Origin: a virus
Virus record (IMG/VR): IMGVR_UViG_3300025133_009407
Coordinates: 3,232-67,231 of that record
Length of the DNA stretch: 64,000 nt
Direction: 5' to 3' (one strand)
Under the pieces are notes generated by a model that was not told the DNA's origin, ran no database searches, and was given only the letters and a program-made list of their open reading frames with translations. This document shows positions 20,637 through 30,356 of this stretch, in pieces. Both the position numbers and the translations under genes were made by a program. Each line of letters opens with the position of its first letter. Positions within the stretch are counted from its first letter, which is position 1.

Positions 20637-23038
20637 GTCTCAAGTTAAAGAATAAAAATATTCTAATAAAGACCTACCTGTCTGAGTCGGGATTATTTTA
20701 TTTAGGCAAATCTCTAGGAAAACACCTAGAGGCTTCTGGCAATAGGGTTTCGTATATCGCTAAGGAAAAGTACAAGAGAGATGATCGCGGATCATTCCGC
20801 CGTTTTTACCCAAAGCCTTACGATAAAAGTTCTTTGGATGGCCTCCGTATTATTAAGACGAACCAAAGAGATACTATTGAGGCACAAACGCTAAGAGCGG
20901 TTAAGGTTCACAAGATAGATGTTATAATATCTTTAGAAACCTTTATGATGAAAGCGCAATGGATAAAGAAGGTTAGAAAGGCTGGAGTCATCGTTTACGA
21001 CGTTCCGATGCCAGAGTGGACCAATAAGCGATTTGTTGATAATAATTCGTATATTATCTTCAATAAGATTCTTTGCCTGACAGATACTTCGCTGCAAGTA
21101 TTTTCAAAATATAAAGCCGCAGAAAAATGTGAATGGGATTATGTAGACCGGGAACTCTTTGTGAAGAGGGTAGATAAGGCCTCTTTGCCGGAATTAACAT
21201 TTTATCACCCTGGTTCGTTAAATCCGGGGTTTACCCAAAAAAATACAACTCAAGTTTTAAAAGCGTTCTCAGGTTTTATTGAGAAAACCAAAAGTAATTG
21301 TAAATTATTGGTTACAGGAAATCTTGATGCGACTCAATCAAATATAGCTAAAAAATGTAAGAAAATCATACTAATATCCGGAGTATTAGATAGGGAGAAA
21401 GTAGCATCTTTATACGATAAGTCGCATTGTTTGATAATCCCCTCTACGAGAGAAGGGCTTGGCCTTAGTTTCTATGAGGCCGCAGCTATGGACTGCGGGG
21501 TTATAACTACAGATGCTGATCCGATGAACAAACATACGGACTATCTTGCGAAAGTAATCTCGTATAATAAGAATGAAAGTCCTGTTCCATTTGCCATAAC
21601 TTCTCCTGAAAACATTGAGGAACAGATAAGAAAATACTATGAGGATTTTAATATGAAAAAACAAAAAACCCAAGAAGAAATTGAGCGTGAGAACAATAAG
21701 TTGCTAGAAGCCTTTGAGGCTCAAGACGAAGATGATCACGCCAAGCCCAGCGGTATGGACCCAGCGGTATTAGCAAAATTAAAGAATAAAATGGACTCTA
21801 CGGTGGCCAATACGGAGGAAGAAGTGGAAGTTGTTACACAGCGAAAAGTAAGTATAGAGCTTGCTGTAATCGGAGTTGGACAGGCTGGCTCTAGAATAGC
21901 CGAAGTTTTTCATAAAAAAGGATATGACGTAGGTGTAATTAATACCTCGGAGCAGGATCTTGAGTTTATCGATGTTACGCCTGGGCAGAAACTATTGCTC
22001 GACGGAAGCCTCGGTGGCACAGGAAAGGACCTTGATCTTGGAAGAGAAATCTTTGCAGACAGCATTGATCAGATTGCCCCATTCGTAGAAAATGTGATCG
22101 ACGGAAACAATATGGCTTATTTGGCAGTCTCCGGTGGTGGTGGTACGGGCTCAAGCTCCGTAGACACACTGATTCCAATGCTATATGAAACTGGCCTTCC
22201 GGTTGGTGTCATATTTGTTCTGCCAAAAGCAACTGAGGATGCTCAGTCAAAGAGGAACTCAATAGAAACTCTCTCTAGACTTGCAAAGTTAACTACTGAT
22301 AATATGGTTTCGAATCTTATCGTTGTTGATAACGCTAGAATTGAACAGATTTACGCAAACTTAAGTCAGTCTAATTTCTGGGAGGCATCAAATAATGCAA
22401 TCGTAGAACCGCTACATATCTTCAACTCATTAACTTCTACTGCATCTAGGTTTACATCATTAGATCCAAGTGATTTTGGAAGAATTATTTCATGTGGTGA
22501 TTGTTCTATATATGGAGTGATGACTGTTGATGACTATATGGAAGAGACCGCGCTTGCCGAGGCGGTGATTGAAAGCTTAAATTCTAATATGCTAGCATCT
22601 GGTTTCGATATCTCGCAGACACGCGCCGGTGGTGTGATTATAACAGGGCCAAGTGAAGTTCTAAATAGGATTCCTGCATTAAATATTAACTATTGTTTCC
22701 ATATGATTTCGGAACAGACCAATGGAGCATCAATTTATCAGGGCGTTTACGCTGTTGAGTCAGATGAGGATTGTGTAAAGATTTATAGTTGGTTCGCTGG
22801 ATTGGGTCTTCCGAAAGATCGAGTTGATAACCTGAGAAAAGAGAGCCAGCAGCATGCTGCAGTTGCGACAGCCAAGGAAAAGAGTCGAGCATCGGTAATG
22901 ACTCTTGATCTCGGGGATGACAAAGTGAATACCGTTGCGGAAGAGGTTACTAGAAAGATTCAAAAGAAGAAGTCTAGCTTCAGTCGGTTGCAGCGAGGAT
23001 CGAGATCTTCCATTATAGATAAGAGAAGGAAGAAGTAA
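20633..23038 (+). CDS. GT4-like glycosyltransferase fused in frame to a tubulin/FtsZ-family GTPase
   Basis: aa 1-340 carry PSTREGLGLSFYEA..VITTD. aa ~408-730 carry VIGVGQAGSRIA, INT, GGTGKD, GGGGTGSS, VVDN and LDPSD. There is no intervening stop. Confidence 0.88.
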   Translation: MSLKLKNKNILIKTYLSESGLFYLGKSLGKHLEASGNRVSYIAKEKYKRDDRGSFRRFYPKPYDKSSLDGLRIIKTNQRDTIEAQTLRAVKVHKIDVIISLETFMMKAQWIKKVRKAGVIVYDVPMPEWTNKRFVDNNSYIIFNKILCLTDTSLQVFSKYKAAEKCEWDYVDRELFVKRVDKASLPELTFYHPGSLNPGFTQKNTTQVLKAFSGFIEKTKSNCKLLVTGNLDATQSNIAKKCKKIILISGVLDREKVASLYDKSHCLIIPSTREGLGLSFYEAAAMDCGVITTDADPMNKHTDYLAKVISYNKNESPVPFAITSPENIEEQIRKYYEDFNMKKQKTQEEIERENNKLLEAFEAQDEDDHAKPSGMDPAVLAKLKNKMDSTVANTEEEVEVVTQRKVSIELAVIGVGQAGSRIAEVFHKKGYDVGVINTSEQDLEFIDVTPGQKLLLDGSLGGTGKDLDLGREIFADSIDQIAPFVENVIDGNNMAYLAVSGGGGTGSSSVDTLIPMLYETGLPVGVIFVLPKATEDAQSKRNSIETLSRLAKLTTDNMVSNLIVVDNARIEQIYANLSQSNFWEASNNAIVEPLHIFNSLTSTASRFTSLDPSDFGRIISCGDCSIYGVMTVDDYMEETALAEAVIESLNSNMLASGFDISQTRAGGVIITGPSEVLNRIPALNINYCFHMISEQTNGASIYQGVYAVESDEDCVKIYSWFAGLGLPKDRVDNLRKESQQHAAVATAKEKSRASVMTLDLGDDKVNTVAEEVTRKIQKKKSSFSRLQRGSRSSIIDKRRKK

Positions 23039-23039
23039 G

Positions 23040-23963
23040 ATGGCAGTAGATAAGGTCTTCTACAATAAGTCTAGCGCAGACTCTCTTGGCTGGACTCCGG
23101 AGTGGTTTGGTGCAGATCATTTTGATGAGAAGTTAATCTCTAATGTTAAAAGATGGCAGAGAGCAAGAGGACTCCTTGCTGATGGACTTGTTGGTCCAAC
23201 TACTTATAGGAGAATCTGGACTGATCGTGAAGCGGAGATCTCAAAACATAAACCATCAGAGAAATCTTTTGATAAACATAAAATTGAGAATGAAAAGATT
23301 AGTATTGTCCATAATGGAAAATTTATCCCCATAGATTGGGATAAGGTAATCTTGTGGAGCGAGTCTGGCGGCTTAAAAGCTGATGATGGAACTTATTATG
23401 ATTATGCTGGAAAGCCAGACAGGGCTCCGACTTTTTTTGTAAATCATTGGGATGTATGTCTATCATCAGAATCTTGCGAAAAGGTTCTTAATAACAGAGG
23501 TATCTCAGTTCACTTCTCTATTGATAATGACGGAACAATTTATCAGCTCTTAGATACCCAACATGGAGCTTGGCATGCAGGGAACGGAAAGGCTAACAGA
23601 GCCTCAGTCGGTGTTGAAATAAGTAATGCTTATTATCTGAAGCACCAGTCTTGGTATGTGGATAATGGTTTTGGAGAAAGGCCGATACAAAGTGGGGCAG
23701 AAGTCCACGGCGGAACTCTAAAGGATTTTACTTGGTTCTATCCGGAACAGATAGCTGCCCTAAAGGCTCTTTGGGCTGCAATCAGTACTGGGCTAAACAT
23801 ACCTCTAGAATATCCTAAGAACGCCTCTGGAGAGTTGTGTACCACTATTCATGAAGAATGTAGGAAGGCCACCTTTAATGGGTTCTGCAATCATTATAAT
23901 ATAAGCAAGAGAAAGATAGATTGCGCCGGATTACTTCTTGACGAATTAATGGAAGACCTTTAG
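23040..23963 (+). CDS. N-acetylmuramoyl-L-alanine amidase with peptidoglycan-binding domain (putative endolysin)
   Basis: WQ..GLLADGLVGPTT; SVHFSIDNDGTIYQ, AWHAG, SVGVEI, H...KIDC. Confidence 0.88.
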   Translation: MAVDKVFYNKSSADSLGWTPEWFGADHFDEKLISNVKRWQRARGLLADGLVGPTTYRRIWTDREAEISKHKPSEKSFDKHKIENEKISIVHNGKFIPIDWDKVILWSESGGLKADDGTYYDYAGKPDRAPTFFVNHWDVCLSSESCEKVLNNRGISVHFSIDNDGTIYQLLDTQHGAWHAGNGKANRASVGVEISNAYYLKHQSWYVDNGFGERPIQSGAEVHGGTLKDFTWFYPEQIAALKALWAAISTGLNIPLEYPKNASGELCTTIHEECRKATFNGFCNHYNISKRKIDCAGLLLDELMEDL

Positions 23964-24027
23964 CCAAATTTGTTTTTGTGGTCCCAGTCGAAACGGAGTT
24001 TAATATAACTCCTGACGCTGAGGAATT

Positions 24028-26565
24028 ATGATAGAAATTATATTAAATAATGTAAACTGCGAACTCCGGGGACAGCTGGATAGCGAAGTCGTTAAGAGCC
24101 TCGATAAGATCATGAGCTATGATCATCCGGGCTATATGTTTATGACTGGCGCTCGCGGAGGCTATGGTAATGGCGGAGCTTCTGGCGGTTGGGACGGAAA
24201 GGTGAGGCTTCTAACTAAGAACGGAAAGTTTCCGATTGGACTTCTTAGCGTAACAGAATCTTTATTGAAAGAGAAAAAAATTCCATACAAAATTCGGGAT
24301 CAAAGGCCAGAGTTGCACTATGGAAAAGAACTTCCTCTTATCAGCGATAAATTTGAGATAAGGCCTTACCAGTTTGGAGCAGTAAAGAGGGCAACTGAGG
24401 CTGGCAGTGGAATTATGAAGATGGCCACCGGATGTCATGCAAAGGGCGCGGAAATACTCCTGTATGATGGTTCTGTGAAAAAGGCAGAAGACGTAGTCGT
24501 TGGAGATCTCCTAATGGGCCCGGATTCAAAGCCGAGAAGGGTTTTGGAACTTTGTCGAGGAAGAGATAGGATGGTAAAGATAAATCCCACAAAAGGGGAT
24601 TCTTTTACGATTAATCAAGATCACATTTTGTCTCTAAAGAGAACTAAGCGCCGCACTGGCGACAAAAAAGCTGGAAATATTGAAGATGTAAAATTTTCAG
24701 ATTGGGAAAGATTAACTCCTTATGGAAAGCATATAAGAAAACTCTTTAGAGTTGGTGTTGATTTTTCTAAAAAAGAATTATTAATGGATCCATATTTAAT
24801 GGGTCTTTTGCTTGGAGACGGAAGCCTCCATTCGTCAATTGGAATTACCTCTGTAGATAAGGAGATAATTTTTTACTGCAAAAATAAAGCAGAAGACTTA
24901 GGTTTGTATCTTAGAAAAAATGGTTTAACATATTATTTTACAACTGGGTTTAAAAATAAAGGAAAAAATAAACTTATAAACATAGTAAGGAAAGAAGGAC
25001 TGCACCAGACTGGGTCTGGAAATAAGTTTATTCCAAAAAATTATAAAACTTCGAATAGAGCTGATAGGCTTAGCTTACTTGCTGGTATTCTGGATACTGA
25101 TGGATCTTATGACGGTAAGACATATGACTTTATATCTAAATCAAAAAAGCTATCAGAGGATGTTGCCTTCGTATCAAGGAGCCTTGGGCTTGCCGCTTAT
25201 ATTTCAAAGCAATATAAGGTGTGTACAAATAACGGGGTTGGAGGATATTATTATAGGGTTTGTATATCTGGCGAATTAAGCGAAATTCCATGCAAACTCC
25301 CCAGAAAGAAGGCTAATCCAAGGCGTCAGAAGAAAAGCGTTTTAGTAACCGGCTTTAAATATGAGGAAGCAGGAATTCAGGATTATTATGGATTTAAGGT
25401 AGACAAAGATCACAGATACCTAATGGGAGACTTTACTGTTACGCATAATTCTGGAAAAAGCTTTATTATAGCAACCTTGGCGGCAAAATACAATATTCCA
25501 ACCGTTGTTTATGTAATTGGAATTGAGCTTTTATATCAGATGAAAGAAACTATAGAAGCTGCATATGGAATTCCATGCGGCATAGTTGGTGGTGGATTAT
25601 GTGATACCTCAAAGCAGGTAACTATTATGACCATTTGGTCTGCGGCAGCCGCCTTTAACAAGAAGGCTAAGGTGTCAGACAATGACACAACGGGAGATTC
25701 CAAGAAGCATACAGATAAGTTAAATAAGGCTTCTGTAAGAAAGCGAGTTCAAGAAGCTCAGCTGTTTATCTTCGATGAGTGTCAATATGCTGCGTCAGAA
25801 ACTCTTCAGTTTCTACATCGGGCAAGCATATCTGCTAAGCATAGATTTCTTCTCTCTGGAACGCCGTGGAGAGATACGGGTGACGACATCTTAATCGAAG
25901 CGGTGTCTGGTCCAAGGATTTGCGATATCAGTGCAACGAAGCTAATCAAACAAGGGTACTTAGTTCCTCCGGATATTCATTTCTTAGACGTCCCAGTTAT
26001 GAGGGGTGTCGGAAAGACGTATCACGATGTATATAAAGCATATGTTGTAGAGAATGAAGAGAGAAATGATCTTATCTTTAAAGCGGCAAAGAAGCTTGTG
26101 GCTGCTGGAAAGAAAGTCTTAATCTTAGTTGTAAGAGTAAAGCATGGTCAACTTTTATATAAAAAGCTTAAGGATGAATTCTCTGTAAGTTTTCTAGATG
26201 GAGCAAAGAGTAGTAAGGTACGAATGAGTGCTATTCAAGATATGAAAGATGGAAAAACAGAGATCTTAATTGCATCAAAAATCTTTGATCAAGGAATCGA
26301 TATTCCTGAGCTTGATGCTTTGATCTTGGCGGGGTCTGGAAAGTCTTCCGGTAGAGCGTTGCAGAGAATAGGGCGAGCAATAAGAAAGCACAAGGGAAAG
26401 AAGAAAGCAATAATTGTTGAGTTTTTTGACAACTGCAAGTATCTAAGAGATCATTCTGAGGCTAGGATAAAAGTTTATAGAAGTGAGCCTGCGTTTGTCC
26501 TTAAGATCCAAAAGAATAAGGCCTTAAAGACTTATCCCAAGCGGGCTCCAGTGAAGTGGTCTTAA
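24028..26565 (+). CDS. Superfamily II helicase (UvsW/XPB-like), intein-containing
   Basis: RPYQ; Walker A ATG|SGKS split by an intein; DECQ, SGTPWR, GIDIP, QRIGR. Confidence 0.9.
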   Translation: MIEIILNNVNCELRGQLDSEVVKSLDKIMSYDHPGYMFMTGARGGYGNGGASGGWDGKVRLLTKNGKFPIGLLSVTESLLKEKKIPYKIRDQRPELHYGKELPLISDKFEIRPYQFGAVKRATEAGSGIMKMATGCHAKGAEILLYDGSVKKAEDVVVGDLLMGPDSKPRRVLELCRGRDRMVKINPTKGDSFTINQDHILSLKRTKRRTGDKKAGNIEDVKFSDWERLTPYGKHIRKLFRVGVDFSKKELLMDPYLMGLLLGDGSLHSSIGITSVDKEIIFYCKNKAEDLGLYLRKNGLTYYFTTGFKNKGKNKLINIVRKEGLHQTGSGNKFIPKNYKTSNRADRLSLLAGILDTDGSYDGKTYDFISKSKKLSEDVAFVSRSLGLAAYISKQYKVCTNNGVGGYYYRVCISGELSEIPCKLPRKKANPRRQKKSVLVTGFKYEEAGIQDYYGFKVDKDHRYLMGDFTVTHNSGKSFIIATLAAKYNIPTVVYVIGIELLYQMKETIEAAYGIPCGIVGGGLCDTSKQVTIMTIWSAAAAFNKKAKVSDNDTTGDSKKHTDKLNKASVRKRVQEAQLFIFDECQYAASETLQFLHRASISAKHRFLLSGTPWRDTGDDILIEAVSGPRICDISATKLIKQGYLVPPDIHFLDVPVMRGVGKTYHDVYKAYVVENEERNDLIFKAAKKLVAAGKKVLILVVRVKHGQLLYKKLKDEFSVSFLDGAKSSKVRMSAIQDMKDGKTEILIASKIFDQGIDIPELDALILAGSGKSSGRALQRIGRAIRKHKGKKKAIIVEFFDNCKYLRDHSEARIKVYRSEPAFVLKIQKNKALKTYPKRAPVKWS
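24433..25449 (+). mobile_element. Intein (339 aa) with LAGLIDADG endonuclease in the helicase P-loop
   Basis: Starts CHAKGAEIL, ends VTHN followed by Ser; GLLLGDG and LAGILDTDG. Confidence 0.93.
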
Positions 26566-26784
26566 CCTACTAATAACAAATTAATTTATAGTTAAAGCTT
26601 GCAACGGAAGTGTCGAAAGCCTCTATGTTTGAAGAGACATGGAACCGAGAAATAGTTCCCGCATTAAATCGCCTCGCCAATGGCAACGCTTAGTCCTCAT
26701 AGAGAGCTTTGGTGTTAAATTTCTTGATAATTCTATAGGCTTCATCTGATCCTGCTCGTACAATGTACCCAGCAGGAGGGCGCG

Positions 26785-27384
26785 GTGAACCAAGAAGAAT
26801 TCTACGAAAAAATTCCAGAATGGATATCTAAGCCTAAAGAGACGTGGAATCACATAACTCTTATGGCGTACTTTTGTCACAAATATGAAAAGGTACATGG
26901 CGTCCGTTTTAGATTGGTCAAATGGTCATCTAATCCGGGCAGGGGAAAGGAGAGTCGAGACTTCGCTAAGTTATTCAAGACCTTGGCTCCAGAAAACTAC
27001 GCAACCCTTCGTCCCTTGGAGAAAAAGGATGTTAGGACTCGGGTTAATGCGAAAATATATAATTATATAAATTGGATATTCGATTATAAATTTAGACGTG
27101 GTGATAGGTCGGTGACCGGAACTAAGCTTTTTCTGCTGCCAGCAATGATTAATGAGTTCGAACGAATGTATTCCGCTTTTCTTTTGAAAAAGAAGTCGGA
27201 AAATAAGTTCGAAACCTTATTGGACTGGGCCAAGAAAGAAGTGCCTGCAGTATTCGAGCATCATCAGATGGAATACCCAGAGGATGTAAATATGCTGCAA
27301 ACATATGTTGAGAGCTATTCCCTAGGAGAGGAATCCATAGAGGCTTTACTCCTAAGGAAAGCTAAAGAGTTAGGTTTAATATGA
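26785..27384 (+). CDS. Hypothetical protein at the head of the replication gene block
   Basis: GTG start with SD AGGAGG; coupled to downstream genes. Confidence 0.7.
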   Translation: MNQEEFYEKIPEWISKPKETWNHITLMAYFCHKYEKVHGVRFRLVKWSSNPGRGKESRDFAKLFKTLAPENYATLRPLEKKDVRTRVNAKIYNYINWIFDYKFRRGDRSVTGTKLFLLPAMINEFERMYSAFLLKKKSENKFETLLDWAKKEVPAVFEHHQMEYPEDVNMLQTYVESYSLGEESIEALLLRKAKELGLI

Positions 27385-27848
27385 GTAAAAAACAGTCTTT
27401 AAAAGGTAAGACAGTAACCCTCTATATGGATGGTGGATGGGAATTTACCGGAATTATAAAAAACATAGATAATAATAAATTTATCATTGAAAGCAATGGA
27501 AGTTTAACCGTAATTTTTAAGGCAAAAATTTCCTGCATGACTATATCCAAAGAAGAAAGAGCGGTCTATGATTCAGGCGAAGTAGAGGTTCGCACAGAAC
27601 CTCTACAGGCACGAAGGGTAGAGGCTGCAGAGGTTCCTCCTGCTGATTCGCGCTTTCCAATGAATCGATTATCATACGAGGAGACGACTATGTCGATTCC
27701 GGGAGATCTTCTAGGAGAATCCGGACAGAATATGAGTGACGATGATCTATCGGTCTTTTATCCTGGCGGAGCGAAGATAACTGATTATGAGAGTTCGGCC
27801 GGCTCAGGCATGTCTTTTGGAGTGGAAGAAGATGATTCCAAAGAATAA
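27381..27848 (+). CDS. Hypothetical protein with a possible N-terminal Sm/LSm-like domain
   Basis: LKGKTVTLYMDGGWEFTGIIKNID..FIIE fits the Sm1 pattern; acidic tail. Confidence 0.5.
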   Translation: MSKKQSLKGKTVTLYMDGGWEFTGIIKNIDNNKFIIESNGSLTVIFKAKISCMTISKEERAVYDSGEVEVRTEPLQARRVEAAEVPPADSRFPMNRLSYEETTMSIPGDLLGESGQNMSDDDLSVFYPGGAKITDYESSAGSGMSFGVEEDDSKE

Positions 27849-28512
27849 GCTAGACAGGATTAAGGCGAAGCTACTAGAGTCATGCCCTGATTGCTCTAGG
27901 GAGGGATGCCCGAGATGTCTGTCCCGAGCGTCAAGGCTTGACAGATATTATATGGCCGATATTCCAGTGGAATATTGGTCTTTGTCCTTTAAGGATTTTA
28001 ATGGCGATCCAAACTTTAAAGCAATAATAAAAGCGAGGATGAAGGATATTGACTCGCTTTATGATAATGGAAAGTCGTTTATGTTTGCGGGGAACTTGGG
28101 GACCGGCAAAACCTATACTGCATGTTGCATCTTAAAGAGGGCCGTAAGCACCGGATACTCTGGACTTTACACGACAATGGCAGACGTTGTGGCAAACATG
28201 TTATCGCGAGAGATTGATACGTCAAGATATTATGCCGAGCTTACAGGAAAAGACTTCTTGGTAATTGATGAGTTTAGCTCGCATTGGATTTTTCCATCTG
28301 AAAAGGCAGAGCAGCTATTTGGAACGTCAATTGAGTATGTTCTTCGCACTAGATTCCAAAATCAATTACCGACAATATTATGTACTAACGATAGCGATGT
28401 TGATAAAATATTTGGCGGGTTTAACGCCAAGTCCTTTAAATCACTACGAAGTCATCACGTAGACTACTTTGTAGTCGGAGGGAAGGACTTCAGGAGGAAA
28501 AAGAATGCTTGA
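27832..28512 (+). CDS. DnaC/IstB-like AAA+ helicase loader
   Basis: N-terminal CxxC..CxxC; GNLGTGKT; LVIDEF; R....LPTILCTN; G.DFR; adjacent to dnaB. Confidence 0.85.
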   Translation: MIPKNKLDRIKAKLLESCPDCSREGCPRCLSRASRLDRYYMADIPVEYWSLSFKDFNGDPNFKAIIKARMKDIDSLYDNGKSFMFAGNLGTGKTYTACCILKRAVSTGYSGLYTTMADVVANMLSREIDTSRYYAELTGKDFLVIDEFSSHWIFPSEKAEQLFGTSIEYVLRTRFQNQLPTILCTNDSDVDKIFGGFNAKSFKSLRSHHVDYFVVGGKDFRRKKNA

Positions 28513-29872
28513 TGCTAAGATTTTAAATTGGATGATGCAAGGGTCATCTAATTTGAATGATGTGTACAGAGAGGTCCAGTACGATCTTCTTCGGTCTATA
28601 TTTTTTCCAAAATATAAGCCCAGCCTAACATGTCTTCATGAATATTATTCAAGACATAAGGTTCCGCCTTCTTACTCGGTTTTAAAAAAGCTCTTAATAT
28701 TAGAGGATGAAGATCCCGATATCCTTGAGTTTGTCAAGGACAAGGTGTGTAAGGCCAATGAAATAGGATTCTTTGTTGACCAGATTAAGGAGAGATATAA
28801 TAAATTCTTAATATCAAAGCTAACAGAGCAAGCTGAGGACATCGAAGATGGCAAAGAAGCTTTGTCTGACTTTAATGATGAACTCAAGAAGATCTTATCC
28901 AAAACCGAAAGGCTGTATAAGAGTGACGTATTTACTCAGGGTGAGATAAGGGATTCGGTAAATGATCGAAAAGATGATTATAAATATACCGAGGAGCATC
29001 CAGACGAAATCAAAGGCTTTTTATCTGGTTATAAGGAGATAGATGATTACACCTGGGGAATCAAAGATTCTGAGATGCTTGTAATCGCCGGAGCTAGCTC
29101 TTCTGGAAAGTCCATGTTAATGCAGTGTATGGCTATCAATGCATGGTTGGGTAGTAACGTGCCCTCTGAGGGAATCACGGGTCATAAGGATGGGAAAGAT
29201 ATTCTCATGATCACTCTTGAGATGAGCAAAAAACAGTATGAGGCCCGAGTTGATGCGAATACTGCAAAAGTCAGACATAGAGGCGTCGTTAGGGCTCAGC
29301 TAACTGTAGAAGAAAAGCTTCGATGGGATAGCTGCCTTGAATTTCAAAAGAATTATGATAAAAAATTCTACATATTAGACATGCCCCGGGGAACTACTAT
29401 GGGAGAAATCGAAGCTAAGTATGAGACATTACTTGGAGAATTCGATCCTGATGCGGTATTTATAGATTACCTGCAGTTGATGAAACCAACCATTGGACAG
29501 ATTGGCCAAGACTGGTTGGATGTTGGGCGAGTCTCCGAAGAGCTTCACGAATTTTGCAGAAAAAAGAATAAGCCGGTTGTCACTGCTGCTCAGAGAAAGA
29601 CCGCCCAAAAGAAGACTGGAGGAAAAAGAATCGATGACGTGAGCCTTGAGGATTTAGGTAGAAGTAAAATGATTGGAGATAATGCAGCCATTGTGATGAT
29701 TATTGCCAATCGAGAGGATGAGCATCTCAGAGAAGATATGGAGGTACACTTGGTAAAGAATAGAGATGGAGCTAAAGGCAAAGTAACTTTGAGAAAAGAT
29801 TTTGCAAGATCTAACATTGAAACCCTCCCCGATAATTGGGCAGAAGATTTTGGGGAAGAGAATGAACTCTAA
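28505..29872 (+). CDS. dnaB: DnaB-like replicative helicase
   Basis: AGASSSGKS, TLEM, FIDYLQLM, TAAQ, KNRDG. Confidence 0.92.
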   Translation: MLDAKILNWMMQGSSNLNDVYREVQYDLLRSIFFPKYKPSLTCLHEYYSRHKVPPSYSVLKKLLILEDEDPDILEFVKDKVCKANEIGFFVDQIKERYNKFLISKLTEQAEDIEDGKEALSDFNDELKKILSKTERLYKSDVFTQGEIRDSVNDRKDDYKYTEEHPDEIKGFLSGYKEIDDYTWGIKDSEMLVIAGASSSGKSMLMQCMAINAWLGSNVPSEGITGHKDGKDILMITLEMSKKQYEARVDANTAKVRHRGVVRAQLTVEEKLRWDSCLEFQKNYDKKFYILDMPRGTTMGEIEAKYETLLGEFDPDAVFIDYLQLMKPTIGQIGQDWLDVGRVSEELHEFCRKKNKPVVTAAQRKTAQKKTGGKRIDDVSLEDLGRSKMIGDNAAIVMIIANREDEHLREDMEVHLVKNRDGAKGKVTLRKDFARSNIETLPDNWAEDFGEENEL

Positions 29873-30167
29873 TAATAAGATTCTAAAGAAGCTAAGAAAA
29901 AACAATATTGTTGTAATCACAACAATCTTAGAAGAAAACAAAGAGAATCATAGATACTTAATCAGAAGTGTAAATAAAAAAGAAAGATTTTTATCAGTTT
30001 TATCTTTAGAACCTTTTTTTCAAAGCAAAGAACAGGTCGAGGCTCCAGTTCTGTCCCTGCCATTTTCTATGGTAAAAAAGATCAAATTTGGAAATGAAAA
30101 CGATCTTTTATTTTTATTTGATCAGATAAAGAATCCCCATATCCGGGCGGCTCTGGGAGGTTTATAG
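29862..30167 (+). CDS. Hypothetical protein
   Basis: ORF coupled to dnaB; start placed at ATG 29862. Confidence 0.55.
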   Translation: MNSNNKILKKLRKNNIVVITTILEENKENHRYLIRSVNKKERFLSVLSLEPFFQSKEQVEAPVLSLPFSMVKKIKFGNENDLLFLFDQIKNPHIRAALGGL

Positions 30168-30352
30168 TGAAAGAGCGCAAGGTTGGAAAGATTAAAAATA
30201 TTTCATTTAATGACAATACAGATGACATGGAAATAACTCTTATTATTACGGATAACAAGTTCAAAAAAAAGATTTTAAGAGATTTTTCCCTAATGGGCAA
30301 GCTCAAGTTTGAGGGTGACAAAGTTGTTTATGTTACTAATATAAAAGAATAA
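30167..30352 (+). CDS. Small hypothetical protein
   Basis: GTG start with SD GGAGG; operon-like packing. Confidence 0.6.
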   Translation: MKERKVGKIKNISFNDNTDDMEITLIITDNKFKKKILRDFSLMGKLKFEGDKVVYVTNIKE

Positions 30353-30356
30353 ACAG

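Noticed and set aside
1-21652. Bacterial O-antigen/capsule locus of a cellular chromosome
   Set aside because: No flippase, polymerase, chain-length or export genes are present, and the flanking content (inteins, homing endonucleases, endolysin, small-ORF array) is phage-like. It cannot be fully excluded without the rest of the contig.
21653-23038. Calling the tubulin domain bona fide cell-division ftsZ
   Set aside because: The signature (GGGGTGSS, GQAGSRIA) deviates from FtsZ, and there is no dcw context or conserved FtsZ C-terminal peptide.
26590-26780. tmRNA or hammerhead ribozyme
   Set aside because: It lacks tRNA-like acceptor/T-arm ends, a canonical tag ending, and the CUGAUGA/GAAA core in the correct arrangement.
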